Virus record (IMG/VR): IMGVR_UViG_3300021137_000001
Span: 248,001-312,000 of that record
Strand: one strand, 5' to 3'
DNA: 64,000 bases
Below, in pieces: positions 1-8,990 of this stretch; the stretch's first letter is position 1; each line of letters begins with the position of its first letter. Under the pieces are notes generated by a model that worked only from the letters and a program-made list of their open reading frames with translations, had not been told where the DNA came from and did not search any database. Made by a program: the position numbers and the translations under genes.

Positions 1-6
1 CAGGCA

Positions 7-1290
7 ATGGCAACAGCAACTACAACAGCAGAAAAGAAAAAAACAGTTACAGTAACTGATGCACGTATTGATGGTATAGTACGTGAAAAACTTATTACGG
101 CACGTATTGCGCTGTTACTTAAAGCGCCGTTTTTCGGTAACTTAGCGACACGTTTAAAACTTGTTAATGCTGATGAGTGGCTAGGTACTGCGGCTACAGA
201 CGGGCGTAACTTTTATTACAATAGTGAATTTGTAAACAGACTGCCGCAAAAGCAATTGGAGTTTTTGGTTGGGCATGAAGTGTTACACGTAGTTTACGAT
301 CACATGGGACGTAGACAAGATAGAGATGGGCAGTTGTATAACATTGCGGCAGATTACTGTGTTAACGCTGACTTAATTGATAGCAAGATTGGTGAGAAAA
401 TTACAGTTGTGCCTGTGTTGTATGATAGAAAATATGCGGGTATGAGTAGTGAGCAAGTGTACGATTTGCTGTTTGAAAACGCAGACAAAATTGATATGGC
501 TGAACTAATGAAACAAGTGCTTGATGAGCATTTGGATGAAGATGGTGACGGCGATGATGAAGGTGAGGGCGGCGAAGGAAACAAAGAAGGTAAAGGTGGT
601 AGCGGTCCGGACAAAATGACTAAGGAAGAACGCAAAGCATTGCGTGATGAAGTACGCGAAGCTATTTTAAATGCGGCAGAAGCGGCAGGTGCAGGTGGCG
701 TTCCGGCTGGTGTTAAACGTTTGATTAAAGACTTAACAAACCCACAATTAAACTGGCGTGAGTTGATTAGACAACAAGTGCAAAGTTTAGTTAAAAGTGA
801 CTTTACTTGGGCACGTCCAAATCGCAAGGGTCAACACATGGATGCAATTTTGCCGGGCAATAGCTTTGCAGAAACAATTGACGTTAGCGTTAGTATTGAT
901 GCGTCGGGTAGTATGAGTAGCGAAATGTTACATGATATCTTAAGTGAAGTTAAAGGTATTATGGAAGCGTTTGATGACTTTAAACTTGATGTATGGACAT
1001 TTGATACTAAAGTATACGGTTACGAAAAGTACACTCCAGATAACATTGATGATATCGATGATTATGAATTACAAGGTGGTGGCGGTACAGACTTTGAATG
1101 TAATTGGGACTTTATGCGTGAAAATGAACTTACGCCAAAATTGTTTATTATGTTTACAGATGGTTACCCGAATGGTGGTTGGGGCGATGCAGACTTTGTA
1201 GATACATTGTTTGTTATACATGGCACTACAAGTATCGAAGCTCCGTTCGGAATGACTGCTTATTATGATTTGTCTAAAGGAACTGACTAA
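7..1290 (+). CDS. DUF2201-like putative metallopeptidase fused to a C-terminal VWA domain
   Basis: HEXXH (GHEVLHVVYDH), acidic/Gly linker, MIDAS-like DASGSM, GGGTDF and MFTDG motifs. Confidence 0.85.
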   Translation: MATATTTAEKKKTVTVTDARIDGIVREKLITARIALLLKAPFFGNLATRLKLVNADEWLGTAATDGRNFYYNSEFVNRLPQKQLEFLVGHEVLHVVYDHMGRRQDRDGQLYNIAADYCVNADLIDSKIGEKITVVPVLYDRKYAGMSSEQVYDLLFENADKIDMAELMKQVLDEHLDEDGDGDDEGEGGEGNKEGKGGSGPDKMTKEERKALRDEVREAILNAAEAAGAGGVPAGVKRLIKDLTNPQLNWRELIRQQVQSLVKSDFTWARPNRKGQHMDAILPGNSFAETIDVSVSIDASGSMSSEMLHDILSEVKGIMEAFDDFKLDVWTFDTKVYGYEKYTPDNIDDIDDYELQGGGGTDFECNWDFMRENELTPKLFIMFTDGYPNGGWGDADFVDTLFVIHGTTSIEAPFGMTAYYDLSKGTD

Positions 1291-1595
1291 TGGCAATATA
1301 CGAAAGTTTTACACATACTCCGGCTGAGTATGCAGGTGCGCTAACCAATCAAACTCATGCCACACTTGATTGGTTAGTGAATAACAAGTATATCACCTCA
1401 GAACAATGGAATAAGTTAACTGGTACACTTGTAGTTACTGCGATTCAAAATAATAAAACTTGGGGCACAAAGCTATTGGAACGCTTCTTTAAAGAGGCTG
1501 AAACTAACACTTATGTATTTCCGCTTGCACAGTTAGATGAGTATGTTGCTCCGACTAAAGCCAAACCAACCAAACCAAAGTTAGAGATTGTATAA
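1290..1595 (+). CDS. hypothetical protein
   Basis: 101-aa ORF coupled to upstream stop (TAATG). Confidence 0.6.
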   Translation: MAIYESFTHTPAEYAGALTNQTHATLDWLVNNKYITSEQWNKLTGTLVVTAIQNNKTWGTKLLERFFKEAETNTYVFPLAQLDEYVAPTKAKPTKPKLEIV

Positions 1596-1753
1596 TGATT
1601 AGACTATTTGAATTTTTATGGCATGGTTGTTGGCATCGCTGGGAAGAAACAAAACAATATAAAGTTGTAGACAATGATGGCATTGATATTGGATTTGCAA
1701 TGATTCAACAATGTACAAAGTGTGGGTATGCTAAACGTACTGATTTATATTAG
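1595..1753 (+). CDS. small hypothetical protein (52 aa, CTKC motif)
   Basis: Read by hand: MIRLFEFLWHGCWHRWEE...CTKCGYAKRTDLY*; TAATG coupling to upstream gene; not in ORF track. Confidence 0.5.
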   Translation: MIRLFEFLWHGCWHRWEETKQYKVVDNDGIDIGFAMIQQCTKCGYAKRTDLY

Positions 1754-1782
1754 TTGACTTTTAGTTAAAGTTCATGTATAAT
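1754..1782 (+). promoter_or_regulatory. sigma70-type (early) promoter
   Basis: TTGACT (1754-59), 17-bp spacer, TATAAT (1777-82). Confidence 0.8.
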
Positions 1783-1810
1783 AGCTATATTGAAATTAGG
1801 AAAGCTGTAT

Positions 1811-2161
1811 ATGACAATTAACGCTTACATTTTTGCATGGGACAATACGGGCATTGACAGCATTATCCCAATTACGCAATATGAGCAACATGACCGCGAT
1901 AACACAATGCGCATACTAAACGATGAGCCAGTTGTACGTAATCCGTTGAATAGTATTGTGCAAGGGGTAATGCTTCGCGCTCGTTACAATGCACAACGTT
2001 GTTACGAGATTTACAGCGTAGATTGTTCAGTTGAGATGGACGAGGCTTGGTGGAGAGAACAGTGGGACAATGATCCGCAAGGGTGCGCTGATTTAGTGCG
2101 CGAACGTGGGAACAAACTGTACAGCGACCGTGCTAATAAAAGTAAACAAGTAATTAGTTAA
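1811..2161 (+). CDS. hypothetical protein
   Basis: ORF; ATG at 1811 after AGGAAAG preferred to the TTG at 1790. Confidence 0.65.
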   Translation: MTINAYIFAWDNTGIDSIIPITQYEQHDRDNTMRILNDEPVVRNPLNSIVQGVMLRARYNAQRCYEIYSVDCSVEMDEAWWREQWDNDPQGCADLVRERGNKLYSDRANKSKQVIS

Positions 2162-2170
2162 GGAAACGTA

Positions 2171-2377
2171 ATGAATGAGAAAATTGCTAAACTGATTAAA
2201 GAATCTAACTTAGAAGAATGTATCGATGATGCATACCTGATGCGTGATGATTGGCAACCCTTTATCGAATACTTTGCTGAGTTGATTGTTAAAGAATCCA
2301 TTAAAGTTATGATAGAAAATGATTATCACGGTGAATGGTTAGGCAAAAAGATTAAACAACATTTTGGAATTGAATAA
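2171..2377 (+). CDS. hypothetical protein
   Basis: 68-aa ORF preceded by AAGGA. Confidence 0.55.
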   Translation: MNEKIAKLIKESNLEECIDDAYLMRDDWQPFIEYFAELIVKESIKVMIENDYHGEWLGKKIKQHFGIE

Positions 2378-2814
2378 TGGCAACGAATTGGAATAAGTTA
2401 CAGCAAATTAAACGTGTAGAAATTACTGCAAATAAGATGGGCTTTGAGTTTGCTCCTGGGCGAGATACATGGTCAGATCAAGGCGGCGAATTAATTTATC
2501 TTGTGCCGCTCGATGATAAATTTCCACATTACAGTCGCGGGGCTGAAATTTTTTGTGGCACTATTGAAGACATTGATCTTTGGCTTAAAGGTATTGAGTG
2601 GGCACGTACTTACGATATGATGCTTAGAATTAGCAGTGATAAGAAACGTGACGAACGTGAGCAAGTCGAACGTAATCGCCAACTTATGAAAATGGTCAAG
2701 ACAGGTAAGAAAGTTGATGGTTCTTATGTTAGTATTGATAATACGTATTTTGGTCTTGATAATGCGTATGATGGTGAAGACGGCGGTGTTGATTATGATG
2801 CAATCCCATTTTAG
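2377..2814 (+). CDS. hypothetical protein
   Basis: 145-aa ORF coupled to upstream stop. Confidence 0.6.
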   Translation: MATNWNKLQQIKRVEITANKMGFEFAPGRDTWSDQGGELIYLVPLDDKFPHYSRGAEIFCGTIEDIDLWLKGIEWARTYDMMLRISSDKKRDEREQVERNRQLMKMVKTGKKVDGSYVSIDNTYFGLDNAYDGEDGGVDYDAIPF

Positions 2815-2823
2815 GAGAATGAT

Positions 2824-3318
2824 ATGAATTTAAAAGATTTTATGACGGTAATTGATTACAAAATCACAGAGGGCAGTGTGTATCAGTGGTCATGCTTCGG
2901 CGATAACGCTTACTCATTGGATAGCTGGAATGGCGAGCAAGAAGGGCATACTGTTACAGCATTGTTTGACACAAAGGATCAAACAATATATCAAATGATG
3001 GCATATGATTACATTGCGAATCGTGCGTATCGCTGGATGAACCCAGAGTTTGTTGATGCGTACAAAGCAGAATGTGCGAGTAGAAATAGCAACGATGAAG
3101 CATGGGAAGGTGTTGAGTATACTGACTTAGAAGTTGAAGAAGACTTTTTAGAAAAAGCACGTGGTATTGTTACAGGGGCAGAGTACGATACACGTATTCA
3201 AATTCCGTTAGACTTTGACAAAGAAACAACATTTCAACTTATGCAACTTGCGCACGAAGCAGACTTAACGCTTAATAAGTATGTTGAGAAAATTCTACGT
3301 GATATGTTAGGAGTATAA
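2824..3318 (+). CDS. hypothetical protein with possible C-terminal HicB-like ribbon-helix-helix domain
   Basis: AGGAG SD; C-terminus ...QLMQLAHEADLTLNKYVEKILR resembles RHH/HicB pattern. Confidence 0.5.
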   Translation: MNLKDFMTVIDYKITEGSVYQWSCFGDNAYSLDSWNGEQEGHTVTALFDTKDQTIYQMMAYDYIANRAYRWMNPEFVDAYKAECASRNSNDEAWEGVEYTDLEVEEDFLEKARGIVTGAEYDTRIQIPLDFDKETTFQLMQLAHEADLTLNKYVEKILRDMLGV

Positions 3319-3319
3319 A

Positions 3320-3484
3320 ATGAATCCAGATAAAAATGAATGGGGTGTATGGAAGATTATGTACAAGCATAGCCTGACTCCGAGCTTTATCGAAATGAAG
3401 AAAGATGCTGTCGAAGAACAGCTAAAGACTAGTAACTATGTCGAAGCTAATGCTGAACTTAGTCGTATTATGAAGTTGAAATGA
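3320..3484 (+). CDS. small hypothetical protein (54 aa)
   Basis: Read by hand: MNPDKNEWGVWK...IMKLK*; AGGAG SD; fills gap and overlaps next ATG (ATGA). Confidence 0.5.
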   Translation: MNPDKNEWGVWKIMYKHSLTPSFIEMKKDAVEEQLKTSNYVEANAELSRIMKLK

Positions 3485-3699
3485 TACAAGAATATAGTTG
3501 GGACATGCACCCAACAGATCCAATGATTATATTGTTTAAGCATAACGGCAATATTGTGCAACGTGTATTTCTTGGTGAAGCAATGGAACTGGCAGGTAAA
3601 ACTGCTGTAATGAAACATGTCAATATATGTAATAATACGCCATGGCACATTACGTGGAATGATGAAATGTGGACTGCACTAAAGGAACAACATGCTTAA
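3481..3699 (+). CDS. hypothetical protein
   Basis: 72-aa ORF in a coupled series. Confidence 0.5.
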   Translation: MIQEYSWDMHPTDPMIILFKHNGNIVQRVFLGEAMELAGKTAVMKHVNICNNTPWHITWNDEMWTALKEQHA

Positions 3700-3985
3700 A
3701 CACAATGAACCTAATCCTTTAAACATACACGGGCTACGACAAGTTAATCATTGTCCGCCACACTTCACTACGGTGTATTTTGACCTTAGTGTAACTGAAA
3801 AAGACTTAACTGATTGGCTTTACGAAAACTTAGAAGGACGTTTCTATAGCGGACAGGTCGACGTTAAGCAAGAGTCAGGTAAGTATGCACGACAACAATG
3901 TATTGCGTTTGAACAGTCCTCCGAAGCGAGCTATTTCGCGCTCTTCTTACCGCAGATCAACAAGGGTGAATATTTAGAGTTTTAG
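3692..3985 (+). CDS. hypothetical protein
   Basis: 97-aa ORF with AAGGA SD. Confidence 0.6.
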   Translation: MLKHNEPNPLNIHGLRQVNHCPPHFTTVYFDLSVTEKDLTDWLYENLEGRFYSGQVDVKQESGKYARQQCIAFEQSSEASYFALFLPQINKGEYLEF

Positions 3986-4002
3986 AAAATATTTCCACCT
4001 AA

Positions 4003-4036
4003 TCTCCTCATGGTAAATAACTGTGTCCCAAGGAGA
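4003..4036 (+). promoter_or_regulatory. late promoter TAAATA inside an SD-sequestering hairpin
   Basis: TCTCCT-ca-TGG (4003-13) pairs with CCA-AGGAGA (4028-36); TAAATA at 4014-19 in the loop. Confidence 0.6.
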
Positions 4037-4044
4037 ACTTTTTA

Positions 4045-4308
4045 ATGGCTAATACAGAAACAACCGTAGTAGAAGAACCAACGACTGCTGAACAAGCAGC
4101 ACCAGAACAAACCCCACCAAGTTTAGCGTTACAAGATTTAATTCTTGTTGCACAAATCATTCAACTTACATCAGCTCGCGGTGCTTTTAAAGCCGAAGAG
4201 TTGCAGAACGTTGGTGTACTTTATAACAAATTAATTGCATTTTTAGACAGCGTTGGTGCAATTACTAAGCAAGAAGAAACTGCTGCTCCGGAGAAACAAG
4301 ATGATTAA
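4045..4308 (+). CDS. hypothetical protein
   Basis: 87-aa ORF, strong SD AGGAGA. Confidence 0.7.
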   Translation: MANTETTVVEEPTTAEQAAPEQTPPSLALQDLILVAQIIQLTSARGAFKAEELQNVGVLYNKLIAFLDSVGAITKQEETAAPEKQDD

Positions 4309-4900
4309 TGAATTTAAACCAACTTGGCTTTATATTAAACAACATAAAGTCTCTGGTTTAAAATATTTCGGAAAAACAACTCGCGATCCCATTAAATATA
4401 ATGGGTCCGGTGTATACTGGAAAAGACATTTAATCACACACGGAAGTGAAATAACCACATTGTGGAGCCAATTATTTAATAATAAAGAATCACTAATCGA
4501 ATATGCACTTAACTTTTCACAAGAAAATAACATTGTCGATTCGACTGAATGGGCTAATCTTATTATCGAAAATGGATTAGATGGCGGCAATTTTCCAGGA
4601 GTTGGAAAAGGAAGAGTAATGTCCGAAGAAACAAAACAAAAATTAAGATTGGCTAATTTAGGAAAAAAGCAATCCAAAGAATCTGGTATTGCAAAATCCA
4701 TTGCATTAACTGGTAAATCATTAACCGAGCAACATAAAGCAAAGTTACGTAAAGAAAAACCATTGCGAACTGAATTGCATTCGATTGCAATATCAACTGC
4801 TAGAAAAGGTAAGCCATGGTCAGATGCAAGGCGCAGTTCGCAAGAAAGAAGAGATGTAGATAAAAGTAACTCAAATAATTTAAAGGAAAATATAGTATGA
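4301..4900 (+). CDS. GIY-YIG-like homing endonuclease with NUMOD3-like repeats
   Basis: LYIK..KYFGKT..YNGSG..W and ANL..ENGLDGG; tail repeats MSEETKQKLR / LTEQHKAKLR; start moved to ATG 4301 after GGAG. Confidence 0.75.
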   Translation: MINEFKPTWLYIKQHKVSGLKYFGKTTRDPIKYNGSGVYWKRHLITHGSEITTLWSQLFNNKESLIEYALNFSQENNIVDSTEWANLIIENGLDGGNFPGVGKGRVMSEETKQKLRLANLGKKQSKESGIAKSIALTGKSLTEQHKAKLRKEKPLRTELHSIAISTARKGKPWSDARRSSQERRDVDKSNSNNLKENIV

Positions 4901-5601
4901 TAAAACATGTCGGCAGACACAATAACAAGAGAGTTGTTATTGCATATAAGCAAGTTCCAGATGAAGATCATATGTGTTTGGTAATTTACAGTGAATCATT
5001 ACCAATGCGTATTCATGATGAAGTAATGAAAGTATTAGAAAGCGAAGTTGGTCAGCAGGCAAATGATTTTGCTGATGCACTATTCCGTCATACTATGGCA
5101 GATGGTGTTAATTGCTTAAATGCAATTCATCGTGGTGGTTTATTATCTAAGGTACCAACTAACCAAGTTATCGTAACACCAACTTCAGCTAGTTCAGTAC
5201 GCTTAGATGAGTTAAACACAATCCTTAACGAAATGGCTAAAGGTAAAGAAGCAACTGAAAAATTAGCCAATGTTGATGCAGGTCAACGTTTCGAAGGCAG
5301 AGATTTGGGCGAGCCAGCAAAAGCGGCAAGTGTAAATACAACTTCAGCTAGTGTTAATACAGATGGTGTACTATCTGACGCAGACATTGCTAATCAACGT
5401 ACAGCTCAAGCTAACAAGTTACGTGCAGATGCACAAGGCTTACTAGCAGAAGCAACACGTTTAGATAACGAAGCAAACGCACTTGCACCTAAGGTAACTA
5501 AGGCAAAAGTAACTAAGGCAAAAGCAACTACTACAGCAACAACTACACCTGCGAAGAAAACAAATGCCAGAAAACCTGCCACCAAAAAAGCCGCGGCGTA
5601 A
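4897..5601 (+). CDS. hypothetical protein with Ala/Lys/Thr-rich C-terminal tail
   Basis: 234-aa ORF; tail KVTKAKVTKAKATT...KKAAA. Confidence 0.7.
   Translation: MIKHVGRHNNKRVVIAYKQVPDEDHMCLVIYSESLPMRIHDEVMKVLESEVGQQANDFADALFRHTMADGVNCLNAIHRGGLLSKVPTNQVIVTPTSASSVRLDELNTILNEMAKGKEATEKLANVDAGQRFEGRDLGEPAKAASVNTTSASVNTDGVLSDADIANQRTAQANKLRADAQGLLAEATRLDNEANALAPKVTKAKVTKAKATTTATTTPAKKTNARKPATKKAAA
5494..5523 (+). repeat. 15-bp tandem repeat x2 (GTAACTAAGGCAAAA), in frame
   Basis: Copies at 5494-5508 and 5509-5523 encode VTKAK twice. Confidence 0.85.
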
Positions 5602-5917
5602 GCCGACTCCCGGTAAGAAACTTAATTTAAATATTAAGAAGCGTTGGCAAGATATTGTTAGAGGTGTTGATAAAAAGGAAGTACCAGTAGATGTGTTACA
5701 ACGTATTGTTGTTAAGCTAATCGATGGTACTGACCTTAGTATTGATATTAAGCAATTACTTGCAGACGGACAGCACCCTGATGACATTGAGGATTTACTC
5801 AATTCTAAGTTTGCTGACCTCGACGAGTTTATCGAAACAGTAGACTTCTTTATTGATATCGATAAAGTAGTTAACACAGTTCAGCCTGAGACAGACAAGG
5901 TACTTAAAAACCTATGA
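5564..5917 (+). CDS. hypothetical protein
   Basis: 117-aa ORF overlapping both neighbours. Confidence 0.65.
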   Translation: MPENLPPKKPRRKPTPGKKLNLNIKKRWQDIVRGVDKKEVPVDVLQRIVVKLIDGTDLSIDIKQLLADGQHPDDIEDLLNSKFADLDEFIETVDFFIDIDKVVNTVQPETDKVLKNL

Positions 5918-6417
5918 TTATATCAATACTTGCCAGCACCAATACAGGCGGTATTGGGAATAGGGGTACCTTACCTTGGCCCAAACATTCCGAAGATATG
6001 AAGTGGTTTAAAGACCACACAGAGAATCAAATTGTTGTTATGGGTCGCAATACTTGGGATGATCCTAAAATGCCAAAGCCACTACCTAATCGCATTAATT
6101 GTGTTGTTAGTAGTAAGCACGTAGCAACTAAGTATCAACATCAAGTACGTTGGATTCCTAGTAACCCCATAGAGAATATACTACAGTTACAGAAAGATAA
6201 CCCAACTAAAGATGTTTATATCATCGGTGGTAAACAGTTATACGAAGCAACAGAAAGCATTGTTGAGAAAATTTATCTTACACGTATCAAAGGTGCATGG
6301 TTTACAGACACACGTATTCAGTTAGATAGTATGCTTGCATGCTTTCAAATTAAATCTGTCAGACCCGGTGAGAACTGTACGTACGAAACGTGGGATAGAT
6401 CCTTCTTTTTCAATTGA
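5914..6417 (+). CDS. folA: dihydrofolate reductase
   Basis: GGIG..GTLPWP..SEDMKWFK, VVMGRNTW, LPNRINCV, IIGG, IYLTRI. Confidence 0.95.
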   Translation: MIISILASTNTGGIGNRGTLPWPKHSEDMKWFKDHTENQIVVMGRNTWDDPKMPKPLPNRINCVVSSKHVATKYQHQVRWIPSNPIENILQLQKDNPTKDVYIIGGKQLYEATESIVEKIYLTRIKGAWFTDTRIQLDSMLACFQIKSVRPGENCTYETWDRSFFFN

Positions 6418-6442
6418 CCTTTTGAACTAATTATGTTATAAT
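6414..6442 (+). promoter_or_regulatory. sigma70-type promoter with extended -10
   Basis: TTGACC (6414-19), 17-bp spacer, TG-n-TATAAT (6437-42); predicted +1 = 6449. Confidence 0.8.
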
Positions 6443-6448
6443 AGTATT

Positions 6449-7297
6449 ATGAAAACCTATCTCGATTCACTCAAATTTGTACTAGACAATGGTACAGTAA
6501 GACCAGACCGCACATCAACAGGTACTATCGGTGTGTTTGGTATGCAACAACGTTATGACCTGTCACAGTCCTTTCCTGCTATTACTACTAAAAAACTAGC
6601 ATGGAAGGCTGTTGTCTCTGAACTACTTTGGTTTATCGAAGGCTCCGGTGATGAGCGCAGGCTTGCAGAAATATTGCACAGCACACGTGACGAAAGTAAA
6701 CGTACAATCTGGACAGACAATGCATCATCTCCGTACTGGATACTTAAATCTAAATTTGCAGGTGATTTAGGTCGAGTGTATGGTGTACAGTGGCGACATT
6801 GGCAAACACCAGACGGAAAGGAAGTAGATCAACTAGCAGAACTTATCCACAATATCAAAACAGACCCACACGGACGACGTCATATATTAACTGCATGGAA
6901 TCCCGGAGAATTAAACTCTATGGCCCTGCCACCGTGTCACTGTTTTGCACAGTTTTATGTCAGTGCCGACAATAAGTTGTCGTGTCAATTATACCAGCGA
7001 TCATGCGATATGTTTTTGGGAAATCCCTTTAACATAGCATCCTACAGCCTGCTAACGCATATGATTGCGCAAGTGTGCGGACTTGGGGTAGGCGAATTCG
7101 TTCACGTTCTCGGTGATGCACACGTATATTTGAATCATGTCGATCAGGTAAATGAACAACTGCAACGTGAACCTTTACCTGCACCTCAACTTATTATTAA
7201 CACTGATGTAACTGATATCAATAACTTTACTATGAAGGACTTTGCACTCAATGGCTATGAATCACTCGCAAGCATTAAAGCACCGATGGCAATCTAA
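6449..7297 (+). CDS. thyA: thymidylate synthase
   Basis: DRTSTGT, TTKK, ELLWF, LGRVYGVQWR, ALPPCH, YQRSCD, PFNIASY, GDAHVY. Confidence 0.97.
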   Translation: MKTYLDSLKFVLDNGTVRPDRTSTGTIGVFGMQQRYDLSQSFPAITTKKLAWKAVVSELLWFIEGSGDERRLAEILHSTRDESKRTIWTDNASSPYWILKSKFAGDLGRVYGVQWRHWQTPDGKEVDQLAELIHNIKTDPHGRRHILTAWNPGELNSMALPPCHCFAQFYVSADNKLSCQLYQRSCDMFLGNPFNIASYSLLTHMIAQVCGLGVGEFVHVLGDAHVYLNHVDQVNEQLQREPLPAPQLIINTDVTDINNFTMKDFALNGYESLASIKAPMAI

Positions 7298-7577
7298 AGT
7301 AGCCGACACTCATCGGGTGCGGTTTTTTACAAAAATGATGGATATGAATGACGTTGTTAACTTGCACAACAATGAGATATTTTGGAAGGTTGCAGAAGAA
7401 TTTAAACTAACTCCGCAAGCACAATGGGTCGAGGATAATGACATTAAACTTGCATTTATGGAAGATGAAATATATTATGCATGGGGCAAGATGTGTCTTA
7501 TATACGGCGATATAACAGAACGACAATATGTAGATTATAGCTTACGTTTCTTTCAACATCAGACGGACTGGAAGTGA
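7242..7577 (+). CDS. hypothetical protein (true start probably downstream)
   Basis: ORF filling the gap after thyA; start uncertain. Confidence 0.45.
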   Translation: MHSMAMNHSQALKHRWQSKVADTHRVRFFTKMMDMNDVVNLHNNEIFWKVAEEFKLTPQAQWVEDNDIKLAFMEDEIYYAWGKMCLIYGDITERQYVDYSLRFFQHQTDWK

Positions 7578-7756
7578 ACGTTACTCAAGCAGAAGCATTA
7601 ATTATAGAATCATGTATTCAATCTATCAATGAGCATGATAGACTATTAGGCATTATTTCTGGCATGAAAGGCAATGCTAAGTTTGAAAAGGCTAAAGCAA
7701 TTATCAAAGCACAACGTAAACATTTTATTATGATAAAGAGTATATTCGAATCATGA
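7574..7756 (+). CDS. hypothetical protein
   Basis: 60-aa ORF with GTGA/ATGA coupling on both sides. Confidence 0.45.
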   Translation: MNVTQAEALIIESCIQSINEHDRLLGIISGMKGNAKFEKAKAIIKAQRKHFIMIKSIFES

Positions 7757-7995
7757 GAATAATTGCTCATCAGTTTGGACTCGGTGATGTCGAAGACCCA
7801 GAAGTATATGCAGCACAGCCAATATATGAATGGGAGCAAACTGAACAAGGTCGTTGGCTACATGAACATAGTTACAAACAGATGGAATGGAAGATTGCAA
7901 TCAATTATGATACTTATGGTTACAAAGTAATAATATCAGCTTGGTTAGCAGAGAAAGACTTAACATACTATACGTTAAAGTGGAGTAGTAAATGA
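7753..7995 (+). CDS. hypothetical protein
   Basis: 80-aa ORF, coupled on both sides. Confidence 0.6.
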   Translation: MRIIAHQFGLGDVEDPEVYAAQPIYEWEQTEQGRWLHEHSYKQMEWKIAINYDTYGYKVIISAWLAEKDLTYYTLKWSSK

Positions 7996-8990
7996 TAGCA
8001 AAAGATAAATTAACAGTATTTGTTGGAGACATCGATGATGAGTTAGCAACATCTGCTAAATTACACGATTCAGCAGCATACTTGGTAGATTTTGCTAATT
8101 ATAACAAACAGCATACCGGTACTTGTTATACTAGTATAGCCGACTTGCCGGGACTTGTGGAATTTTCTGCTATATTAAGACAAGCATCTACTATAATATA
8201 TGTGCAACCAGAAAAATGGAATAATAATGAAACTAACAAATATTCATCGAAATATTGGACTGAATATTATTTAAATGTTTTTTCGTTAGATAAAACTAAA
8301 GAAGTAATTAATTTTTCCGAATCTATTAAATATCAACCAACAAATTTATCGATTATGCTAAATCTATTAGATAGCAGAAAAGATGAGCTATCTCAAATAT
8401 TATGGGTAGCTGGATGTTCTGTCACATACGGAGTTGGTGTAACTACAGAACAACGATACGGAAATTTACTAGCAAAACAATTAAATTTGCCGCTACGTAC
8501 ATTGGGGCGAGAATCATCATCAATTTCATATGCAGCTGATCAAATATTGCGGTCCGATATTAAGCAAGGGGACACAGTAGTATGGGGAATAACCAATCAA
8601 CTAAGAATAACATATTATGATCCAGCTAATCTAGAGTTAACACATATTACTACTAGTAACTATATTAAAGATCGTGCGCTCGATAAAATAATTAAATTAG
8701 ATTTCTTAGATAATCCTACCTTAATTTATTCAGCCGTAATAGCCATATACCAGGTAATTAATTTCTGTCAGAAAATTGGAGCAAAATTACTACTTGCTGG
8801 ATTATTAGTTGAACCCAAGTTAGCAGCATATTTTATAAATTTACCGGAATATATACATTTGTATAATTTTTACGGAGTAACATCATCTACATTATTCTTA
8901 GACACTGGGTCAGATAATATACATCCTGGTCCATTAACTCATCAATGGTATGCTGATAAAATATTAAACAAATTAAAGGAATTAGAATGA
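7992..8990 (+). CDS. SGNH/GDSL-like hydrolase or acyltransferase domain protein
   Basis: GCSVTYG (block I-like) and DNIHPG (DxxH block V). Confidence 0.6.
   Translation: MIAKDKLTVFVGDIDDELATSAKLHDSAAYLVDFANYNKQHTGTCYTSIADLPGLVEFSAILRQASTIIYVQPEKWNNNETNKYSSKYWTEYYLNVFSLDKTKEVINFSESIKYQPTNLSIMLNLLDSRKDELSQILWVAGCSVTYGVGVTTEQRYGNLLAKQLNLPLRTLGRESSSISYAADQILRSDIKQGDTVVWGITNQLRITYYDPANLELTHITTSNYIKDRALDKIIKLDFLDNPTLIYSAVIAIYQVINFCQKIGAKLLLAGLLVEPKLAAYFINLPEYIHLYNFYGVTSSTLFLDTGSDNIHPGPLTHQWYADKILNKLKELE

Noticed and set aside
6449-7297. thyA as a dCMP hydroxymethylase or an intron-split gene
   Set aside because: It retains the dUMP-specific Asn (PFNIASY) and is an uninterrupted full-length ORF
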